Source: Phyllosticta citribraziliensis (taxonomy: Eukaryota). From it: 64,000 nt of DNA. Each line of letters starts with the position of its first letter. Within the stretch, counting starts at the first letter, position 1. A program made the translations under genes and the position numbers. The notes below the pieces were generated by a model that worked only from the letters and a program-made list of their open reading frames with translations, had not been told where the DNA came from and did no database searches. Below, piece by piece: positions 11,447-20,669 of the stretch. The stretch covers positions 2,294,001-2,358,000 of the forward strand of contig NW_027117343.1 in NCBI RefSeq assembly GCF_038025025.1, written 5' to 3'.

Positions 11447-12419
11447 ATGCATTCATTCACAATTCTCGTCATTCATTTGCTGCTCTTTGTATCATCTTCC
11501 GCGGCTTCTCCGTTTGCTCTAGCGCCAAGATCGAACGAACGATCCCTCGAGCGTCGCCAGAACAGCCCCGGCAAAGGACGGCACTGCAGCGACAAGGAAA
11601 AAAATGACTTTGAAGTCATTCCTAACACACAGTACATTGTGTTCAACATGATGTACAACAAGCAAGACATCAAAGTTGGAAGTGTCTGTACAGTGTTCAA
11701 GGGCCTGGCGGGCAGTGCCATCAAGTGGGCCAGCGAGTGGAATCTTCCTCCGCCACCACAAAACCCAGACACCGTAAAGGGATATTCTTTCATCGGCCTC
11801 ACGATTGAAGGAGGCGGCGAGCGCCAGCTGCGCGACATCTCCGACATTCCTGTCTCGTACTCATGGAGCTTCACCAATGAGAACTTCAAAGGCAAGCACT
11901 TCGCCACCACAGTTGGAAGAGCTGCACTAACACCCTTCAGGCAACGTCGTCTTGGACTACATGATCGGGCCAAAGAAAGGCGACTCGAAGACCAAAGGCG
12001 AAGCGCAAGAACTCATGCTTTGGTTTACTTGGAAGAACGGCCAGGTCCCGATCGGCTTTGGCAAGGGCAAGAAGAAAACCCTCACCTTCCTCGATAACAG
12101 TTGGGACATGTATCAAGGATTGAACAGGGACACAGGAATTGTCGTCACCAGTCTGCTGGCCGTTCGACAGTACAGTGGAAGCTTTTCGGGAAACACCAAG
12201 GACTGGCTTCTGGCTTTGGCCAACCAGGCTCAACTCTTCCCTCCGGACACTACCTGGTTGAACGTCGTCAACGGCGGTGTCGAGCCTTTCTGGGGCGTCG
12301 TCACAATCGATGCACAGATCGATATGAAGATTGTCTCAGGCCCTCCAAAGAATAAGAGGAAGAGTGTAGGCGGGAGTCACGGTGGTCAAGGGGGGATGAG
12401 GGGTCATGGAGGCCCGTAG
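11447..12419 (+). CDS. Secreted glycoside hydrolase family 12 (endoglucanase/xyloglucanase-like); GC-AG intron 11892-11940
   Basis: Signal peptide; VKGYS, LRDISDIPVSYSWS, GNVVLDYM, QELMLW (nucleophile Glu), PIG, GVEPFWG (acid/base Glu). TATAAG at 11381. Confidence 0.85.
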
Positions 12420-13383
12420 AGCAGTCGCGCCGTCTGCCTTGTGTCTATATCCTTCGATCGGGCCGTTATGTACATCACGGCATGCGCAGGGCGCTGAGTT
12501 TTTTCTTTCGGCTGCTGTATTTTCGACCCACCATTTTGAAATCTTGACTACCATTGGTATCCTGGCCCCCCTGCCTCAATCGGCCTGCTCGCGCACCTCG
12601 TTGCGTCAATATTGCCTCCGCTGCGACGACGCCAACTTGCGACGTTCGTAGCTGGAGCCTTCGCGTCTGGTTCGCCAAATTTCGCCGCAACCAACTCTCC
12701 TGAATTTTTGAAGCTACTGAAGCTACTGAATTAGGCAGTGTGCGTGCGAACCCGATGGTGTTTTATCCACTCCTACTATTCCCTGCCCCTGACTTTATCC
12801 TTGCCCTTGCCCATGTCCTTGCCCTTGATGTTGTTCTTGTCTGCAACAGTGATCGACATATCGCGAATGACATCACTTGGATGAAAATGGCTGGGCGGCA
12901 GCGGCTGCGGCGATAGATTAAGGGTAGGCTCAGGGTTCAGATTGTCGTCAGTTGGCAGTGACATGGCGGCGACGGTGGCAGCGATGGCGATGTCGAGTAG
13001 TGATGAAGAGGAAAAGGTGCGGTGGTCGTCAATACCACGGAAAGTCAACACCATGGGTGGCGGTGGTGATTGCCAGCGGACCAATCAGATGCCTGGAACA
13101 ATCACTTCAGGGAATCACAATCCGGTAGCGCGCGCGAGCGTCCGCCAGTGCGACCAGGCAGAATCAGACAGGAGGGTTCAAGATCTCAACATGGTGGGTC
13201 AGAATTACATTCGCCTTTCTTTCACCCACGATTCATTTTCCATCGTTGATAAATAAGCATATTCGTGAGTTTGTCGGGAAACATTGCCCGCTAAGGCTTG
13301 TGACAACCTTGTATTCAGACTGTTTCCTGAATTGGCAGTTTGCGATGGCTAATTTCCCGTATTCAGATCCAACTTTGTTTCCA

Positions 13384-15590
13384 TCACCTGCCAAACCTCT
13401 TCAGCTCCAACCATCTCAGCGGCGGATACACCACGGCAGCAAAGGCAAAGCCGACGTAGTTGCCCAAGTCTCCGCCGTCCTGCCCTATCTGCTTCGCTAT
13501 GGGCCCAATGTACCACACCTGGGCCATGCACATGATTGCGCCGACCCAACCTACGACAAAAGCCGTGAATGCGGCGTATCCCACGGGCAGCTTGTCCTTC
13601 TTGTTCCACGCAGTCCAGTCATAGCCCGTCTTCCAACGAAATAGCACGTGCTCTTCCAAAGTCAGAGCGATCCAGATGCAGACCCAGTAGCCCATGAGGG
13701 CAAGGAAATTCGTAAAAATTGAAGAAAGGTGAGCGCGGCCGACAGCTGCGCAGATGGTGTACACGATGACGCCGGCCGTGTTCCACAGTGCCCGAGGCAC
13801 GCGCTCGGCCCACGATCCCAGGATTTGTACGTCCACGCCGGCGCTGTACGTTGGTGGAATGAGGTTGGAAATGAGACCGAGCGCGATGACGACGCCGCAG
13901 AATTTGCCAAAAATCCCGAGCGGCGCGAAGGCTTCGACGATCAGAGCACCTTGCGACGTCTCGTAGGCTTCAGCCCAGTCCGGATTGCTGGCCATACCGC
14001 TCGCGAGACCAATGCCGAGAATGTAGACCATGGTGAAGCTGGATGTGAGACCCCCGTAAGTCACAGCAAAGACTTTCCAGCCCGGTGTGTTTGAGGGATA
14101 GTAGACGAGGTAATCGCCCGCTTCGCCCGAGTAGGTCACTGCCGCGGAGAGGCAGAGCGAGAAAAACGAGATGCGGTTGCCGATAAGAGTGCGAGTGTCG
14201 GGGGCCGAAGACGGTGTGGAGGTGTCGAACTTGGGGCCCGCGACACCCGCCAGAATGCTGAGAACTACGAGTTGCGGGAACCAAGCGTATTTCTCGTACA
14301 TGTGGAAGACGGAATAGCCAAACGTCGTGACGAACCAAGTTACGATAGCCACTATTACGATGCCGACGACGATGGAGAGGTTCGACGACGAAACGTGGGA
14401 GAGGACCTGGCCTGCGACCACGCAGTCGATGAGAGAGTAACCGAGCAATACGATTATATTGAGCGAAACGACAACCTTGGCCGGGTAGTGTCCCATGGTA
14501 TAGCGCGACTGTGCATGTGAGTTAATTGCGCAAATAGTGAGGGGTTTGGGCACTCACAAATATCATGGTCCTGTTGCCGGAACGTGGACCAAAGGTGGCG
14601 GTGTAGGAAGTGGCCAAGCAGCCGACCATCATACCAAAAACCGCACAGAGGCAGCTGTCCTTGAAGCCGAGAGAGTATACCGAAGGACCGAGCATCCCGA
14701 GTGTTATGTTATTCGCTGCGAGGTTGATTGCGAACCACAGAATCGCGACCTGCGAGTATCCCAGATTTCGCAAGTCATGTCGTTCGTGCTCCTCGACGCG
14801 CTGGATTCCGCGAGTTTCGAAATTGTATTCCGTTAGAGTGGCCTCGACGGTTGTGATCCAGCTCTTGCCCTTCTCCGTGGTAGCCGGGGGCGAAACATCT
14901 TTGTAGTCGACCGCTGAGGCTGTCTCGTCCGGCAAAGGCAGACAAGGCAAGATGCCTCTCTCAGGATCCGGCGCCCCGGGTACGCGAAGGCTGCTCATTG
15001 CACCCTGGAAACAGTCAGCACGTGGGACTCAGACAGGACAGAGGGGAAGCGCGCAGCATGCGTCCTTTCGCTAGAATTGTCTAGATCAAGTTCAACCGTA
15101 TCTCTCAGAACGACGGTTCCGTACCCGAGCCACGACTCCTACAGCAGAGAGAGTGCTGGAAAGAGTGTAACGCGCGGCAGAGCCATCGAACACCGGTCTC
15201 ATGCTGATGCTACCTTTAGATACCTTGATCCGAAAGCTTCATAGGGCGATTGGTCTGCATTCTGCCTTCCAGGTCGTACTTTGGGTTTAAGTCAAATCGA
15301 GAGGAGCAATTCCGTCGGCAAAATGCAGAGAGAATTTCTGGAAGAATGCGCCGCAGGCGATGTAAAGGGCCACAAGCTTTTTCGTCGGCTGACAGCTGTG
15401 CGGCTTGCAGTGACATGAATCAGAAGGTCTTGTCATGGGAAATGGTACAAGAAATTCTCCGGTACCGGCCCGGCAGGCATTAAACTATCTGTGCATGAGA
15501 TCTCCGTCGATCAAGCGATCTCCGAGATGCTCTCCAACCAATATAACACAACATACAGGTACGTACCCAGTGTGCACTGGATGCTGACAT
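13384..15590 (-). CDS. NCS1 purine-cytosine permease family transporter (FCY2/TPN1-like); predicted exons 15590-15567, 15004-14558, 14508-13384 (531 aa)
   Basis: ETRGIQRV, LWFAINL, GPRSGNRTMIF-SRYTMG, YEKYAWFPQ, DYLVYYP, VPRALW, NFLALMGYW, LPVGYAA, YPPLRWLE; about 12 hydrophobic segments. The 24-nt first exon splices in frame (GTACGT 15566 ... GCTGAC ... CAG 15005). The start at 15590 is less certain than the family call; ATG 14998 is the fallback. Confidence 0.9.
15054..15206 (-). ncRNA. TPP (thiamine pyrophosphate) riboswitch aptamer, intronic
   Basis: Minus strand reads CAGCATGAGACCGGTGTTCGATGG...(long P3)...CCGTCGTTCTGAGAGATACGGTTGAACTTGATCTAGACAATTCTAGCGAAAGGACGCATGCTG. P1 CAGCATG/CATGCTG, P2 GACCG/CGGTT, P3 CGATGG/CCGTCG, conserved CTGAGA, AACTTGAT, P5 CTAGA-CAAT-TCTAG, GCGAAAGG. 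Confidence 0.95.
15218..15236 (-). promoter_or_regulatory. Anti-aptamer element overlapping the proximal 5' splice site (AAG|GTATCT at 15223)
   Basis: CTTTCG-GATCAAG-GTATCT is complementary, block by block and in order, to aptamer AGATAC, CTTGATC and CGAAAG. Confidence 0.75.
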
Positions 15591-15706
15591 GGGGTTTGTT
15601 GTAGTCCACTGTTGGGCTATAAATCCACTAAACGCCGTTTCCATGCGCCCAACTCAGGCCGCCGTCGGCCGGTGGTCAGCCAAGCTTCTTGAAACGCCCG
15701 ATACAC

Positions 15707-16949
15707 TCAAAAATCGCTTTGTTTGATGACTACCAGCCGTAAGCATGTTTCTGAACACGGGAGAGCCATACCTACAGCCAACCTTCATGTTCTCCACGTC
15801 GAAAACACTGTAGAATGCTGAAAAGAATTCTCGCCCCAGCACCATGCAGCTTCCTCTTTGGGCTGATAGGACGGATCCTGAGTGGACTCTCACTGCGCAC
15901 ATTGTTTGTCCATTCTCTTCATCTTCGATCGCGTAAGCATAGTCGAATGCGGTCAGCTTGTATTCATTCTGAGCCAGCCCGATGGTAATAATGGGCAATT
16001 GTTGCCGGTGGTTGCAGGGAAAAGTAATCGTGTCGGCTGTAAATCCAGATTCCGGAGGCGAGTCAAGTGCGTTGAGTATATTCTGTAGAAATGGTCGAGG
16101 GAAAGCAAAGCCCGGGAAGTTGAAGTCGAGTTCGGCAGTGCAGTTCTCAAGCTGCACGACCAAGGAGAATCCGGAGTCAATGTGCCCGAGATATTTGGCC
16201 TCGACTGCCCAGCCGAGGGTTTCCGATGGAATCGTAGGCATCATATCGACGTCTTCCAATCTCAGCCCATGGTCCAATCCACCGAGTGTCAGCTGTCCGG
16301 ACTTGTGACCTTGCGGCAATTCGACGCCGAAGATATTTTTGTCGAGGTGACCCGCGTCCACCATGCCTGTGAAGAGGGATGACGAATCCGCGAATGAGCG
16401 ACCAAATTTCAAACCAAATACACCATGAGGGCCGGCAGAGCGTGAGTGGGTTCTTGAATGCACCCAGGTAGCTTCAGTGAAGGTCTTGTTCCAAGTGCCA
16501 TTTTGTCCAAAATTAATGACATCCCGAGCAAGGTGTCCTCGGTACAGTGTCTCTCCCCATGATATCTCCGGAATGGTAGGTCCTCTCAGGTAGGTCGAGG
16601 ATTGGTTGCTCTTGAAAACGTTCGAGTCTTCACGCCCCCGATTCCTCGATCGAGCTTTCGCACGACATGAGGCCGTTGGAACGATGAAAATGTTAGAGGT
16701 CAAATCAGGTACCATGCGAACTTTTTGCGCAGGGGTGCCAATGCCGAGCTCGAGCGTTAGCAATGAGTCCCGAGGATGCGCTCTTTCCCTCTTCCCCTGT
16801 CCAGCACCGAGTGGATGTTGAAGCAATGACTGGTCTTGTTTAGGATTTTCTAAAGATGCTGAATCATGAAGCCATTCAATCGGTATTCTCAAAATGGCGG
16901 CGTGGGCAGCTCCTGAGAGCAACAGAGAAAGGTGGAAGAATTTGAGCAT
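15707..16949 (-). CDS. Secreted pepsin-like (A1) aspartic protease homologue with degenerate catalytic motifs; intron 15775-15730
   Basis: Signal peptide; LGIGTPAQ, FKSNQSSTY, GVFGL, GQLTLGGLD, FPCN, VLGREFFSAFYSVFD, KVGF after splicing. DTG motifs read DLTS and DFNF. Confidence 0.8.
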
Positions 16950-17508
16950 GGCGTTCGGGACGAAGAGGATGTGACAAGAGCAGGGAAGACATGAGGGCCG
17001 TGGTGAGATCTTATTGTTTTTGAGCACGTAACAAGAAGCGACGAACCGTTTGAGGCCAAGAGCCGCTACCGTGTCTGTGGACTATGCTCACGGGTCATCT
17101 TTTGCAATCCTCCGGAATACGGATAACGACCTGTGCACCGACTATTGCTCCTGCTTTGGAATAGGGGTCTTGCGTCTGGGTCACTGTCAAATAGCTGCAG
17201 ACACAGGGCCTGGGAACAGGGACAAAATGCGAATGTTGAAAGGCGTGTTGATTGGGGAGGATTGGCTCCAAGCTCTACTCCGGTCAGCACTGAAATGGGG
17301 TGTTGTTTGTTGAAATGGCGACGCTGTTGGGGAGCCAAAACTGAGCTAAGCACGCTAAGGTGGGCGCTAAGCTATCGATAAGCAGCACAACAACGTCACT
17401 CGTGTATATTTCCTTGTCTTGTCCGCCGACTCACACGCTGCACTTTCGCCTGCGCATCCACCGGCACGTCTTTCAAGCTCCCGCCTCTCACGATCCACAG
17501 TCCTCGCC

Positions 17509-18723
17509 ATGCGTCTCCTCAAGAACCACATTGACCGCCGAACTGGCGCCGGCTCTGCCACTCTCCTTCCAGAGGAGCCTGAAGACATGTGGCACTGCTT
17601 CAATCTGATCCGGCCTGGCGACAAGCTCTACGCAGAAGCGGTGCGCAAAGTGACAAAAACAACTGGAGGCGTCGACAGTGTGAAGGGCAAAGGAGCGACA
17701 ACGACCAAGCGCGTCCACATGCGGCTGATGGTCCAAGTCACCAAGACCGACTTCGACCCCGGCGCATCGCAGCTTCACGTCGCTGGCGTCGTGGCAGAGG
17801 AAAACGAATACGTCGGACTGGGTCAAAGCCACACTATCGACCTCGAACTCCACCGGCAATTCAAGCTCGAAAAGGCGGATGGGTGGGATAGCATTGCGAT
17901 CGCGGCGCTGCAGGAGGCCACGGACCCGCGCCAACGCGCTGAAATTTGGGCAGTCGTCATGCAAGAGGGGCTCGCCAATATTTGCCTCATCACCGAACAC
18001 CAGACAATTCTACGGCAGCGCGTCCAGACGCCCATACCGACCAAGGGCAAGAGCGGCGCCGGCGCCCACGACAAGGGCATGGACAAGTTTTACGGGCTCG
18101 TGCTATCGACGCTGCTGCGACAAGTGGAATTGAACAACCCGCGGCCTCTGCTGCTGGCTTCGCCCGGCTTCACTGCGCAGAGCTTCCAACAGTACATCAA
18201 GCAGCACGCGGTGACGACGGGGGACAAGGCACTAAGAGCCTGGCTGCCGAGCATCATTGTCACACATAGCTCCAGCGGCCAGGTTCACTCCCTGAACGAG
18301 GTTTTGAAGAGCAAGGTCATTCAAGAAAAGCTCAGCAATACAAAATACGCGCGGGAGACGGCGCTCATGGACAAGTTTTTCGATCTGATGCGCAAGGATG
18401 ACGGAAGAGCGTGGTATGGACCGAGGGAGGTGGAGAAGGCCGTGGAAAAGGGCGCTGTCGGTCGTGGTGGGGGCGTGCTACTCATCTCCAACGCACTTTT
18501 CCGAAGTGAAGACATTGCGACGAGAAGGAGGTGGGTCTCTCTGGTGGACAAGGTCAGAGAACAAGAGGGCGGCGAAGTCAGGGTATTGAGCTCAGCACAT
18601 GAGAGCGGCAAGAGGTTGGAAGGTCTGGGCAACATTGCCGCCATCCTGACCTATCCCCTCGAGGATTTGGACGAAGAAGTTGACAAGGAGAGTGCAGAGG
18701 CTGACGGCCAGCAGCCATTATGA
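17509..18723 (+). CDS. DOM34: Pelota/Dom34 ribosome-rescue factor, intronless
   Basis: MRLLKNHID, LLPEEPEDMWHCFNLIRPGD, GQSHTIDLELHR, AVVMQEGLANICLIT, LLASPGF, AWYGPREV, HESGKRLEGLGNIAAILTYPL. Confidence 0.97.
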   Translation: MRLLKNHIDRRTGAGSATLLPEEPEDMWHCFNLIRPGDKLYAEAVRKVTKTTGGVDSVKGKGATTTKRVHMRLMVQVTKTDFDPGASQLHVAGVVAEENEYVGLGQSHTIDLELHRQFKLEKADGWDSIAIAALQEATDPRQRAEIWAVVMQEGLANICLITEHQTILRQRVQTPIPTKGKSGAGAHDKGMDKFYGLVLSTLLRQVELNNPRPLLLASPGFTAQSFQQYIKQHAVTTGDKALRAWLPSIIVTHSSSGQVHSLNEVLKSKVIQEKLSNTKYARETALMDKFFDLMRKDDGRAWYGPREVEKAVEKGAVGRGGGVLLISNALFRSEDIATRRRWVSLVDKVREQEGGEVRVLSSAHESGKRLEGLGNIAAILTYPLEDLDEEVDKESAEADGQQPL

Positions 18724-19513
18724 AAGATGTAAGACATATACCCAAGGCATTTATCGCAGTCCTCCCTCCCCATCCGTGCACAAGAATCTCGAATCGAGCT
18801 GCTGTCCAGGATCAGATCAAATCTACGCCAAACGTAACTTTTCTGTTTTGACAATCCTCAAACACTCAAGGAGATAGCTTTCTGTTTCCACTCACCACTC
18901 GCGTGCGCAACGACTCTTGCACCCCATTCCTGACCCTGATTCCCCTTGTCAGCTCTCCGAGCCAGCTTCGCAACCACACCTGTCTCAAGCATCATCGTTC
19001 CGTCCACAGCCTCCTGTTTCCCAATCCTCAAGCCACAAGTACCAACGACACAAAGCACCCTGACTGGACCGAACCACGACAGACCAGCTCACTTAAAAGC
19101 CATGCACGCAACATGCGACTGCGGAGGAGCAATGCACCGCCAAGCCCGACCAAAGTTCTGGTTCCAAAGACTCGGATGAGAAAACAACCAGTCGCCAAAC
19201 GTCAGTACGTGAGGATTGAGCTGTGCACCTAATTGAGCTGTTGGGGCTTGACCGCTAAACGCCTGACCGCCTCCAAGACGGATGAACGCGTGAGTGCCTG
19301 GGGCTCAAGGCCGCAGTGAATGTCACGCCTTGTGTAGATGAAGATGATGGGTCTGTGGTATTCCTCGTCTTCGCTGGCGACGGGAGATGCTAAATGTTAG
19401 ACTACAGTGGCAAGAGCGGGGCCTATCTTTTGTTCTCTGCATCATAGAGACACCCACCGCACTTCCTGGGTCAATCTGCGGTGAAGGACGACAGCTCCAC
19501 AGGCGCGGTTGGG

Positions 19514-19686
19514 AGTGGTAACAAAAGACGGCCGTGTGACTTCGTCCGTAGTAGTAGCGGATGAATGCTCCCTAGATGCACATGTGGCAGCGTATGACAG
19601 CTCCCTATCCACGTTTGTAGCTGTGAATGAATGCTTCTTATGTGCAGCAGCTTTGTCGGGAGACACAATTTCTTTCCACAATGATT
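19514..19686 (+). mobile_element. Degenerate copy of the 33-bp-unit MITE
   Basis: Cores at 19562, 19595, 19628 (TGAATGCTCCCTA, TGACAGCTCCCTA, TGAATGCTTCTTA); right TIR remnant ATTTCTTTCCACA at ~19668-19680; left TIR weak, so boundaries are approximate. Confidence 0.5.
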
Positions 19687-20669
19687 ATGCTGCCAGCGAC
19701 GGGTCTACCACACCCATATTCATCACGAACACCAACACTTTCATCTCCCGACAGAGAGCAGAGCCGGGGAACGGAGAAAGCTACGGTCATCACCGATTAA
19801 AGATCCATGAACTTCATCCCGACAAAAACAACCCCAAACGAGGAAAAGTGACGTGCTCTGATTCCTGCTACCGATGGAAAGCTACGCACGTCACGCCAAA
19901 CGCAACGCCCAAGCCAAAGCCAGCAAACATGACCACAAAAAGCACAGCAACCCATAACCAAGGAATGAAGCCCCTCATCCAATTCAGCGCCACTCGCTTT
20001 CCCGCCTGCGATCACCATTCCATCTCAACGTGCCAAAACGCCACCATCACCACTACTGACAGGGCTCAATTTCCCCTCCGCGAGAATGCCCCGATGCCGA
20101 TCGCAGGTAGCTCATGCCATGGCGCGTCTATTCATGGCGCGATTGACGCAACCAGGACAGGACGCGATATAACACGACGCGGGATGACCAAGCACGCGCA
20201 ATTCTTACGCAACGCAACCACTTGTCCGTTCTGAGGGAAGAGGTAGGGAGGTCGCGGCGGCATGTGCCGGGCGGCTAAACGGACTGGAAGACAGATGTTT
20301 GGGAGGCTCCATGTCGTGGTGCGAAGTGTTCATGGGATAAAGCTGCTCTAGAGGTAGGTCAGTATCTGACACCTCCCCCACCATCACCATCGTTGCCGCC
20401 AGGAAGGCAGCGCTAGGGAAAGCATGGATGACGATATTTTTATAATCATGTCGTGTTTGAGCAGCACCGGAGGAGCCGGAGTAGACAGACAGCGACTGGC
20501 CGCGGATGGTCGCTGTGGCCGCGATCAAGAGTGGTGGAGGGAGCAGGGATGGCGGATACGCTATGCGTTGTATAACATAAGATATGTATCCAATCTGTAT
20601 TTCTTCCAACTGGGCCGCTTTCGCAAGCTACGGTAATACGCGAAGCATGCGAGCAACGGTTCGTTGAGG

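Noticed and set aside
12776..12964. Small ORF ending KGKDMGKGKDK
   Set aside because: About 62 aa, low complexity, no domain; may be a relic but cannot be supported.
1123..18723. Possible vitamin-salvage gene cluster (PNC1, AKR, kinase-like gene, TPP-controlled permease)
   Set aside because: Genes are interspersed with unrelated loci and no shared regulatory motif is visible; synteny data would be needed.
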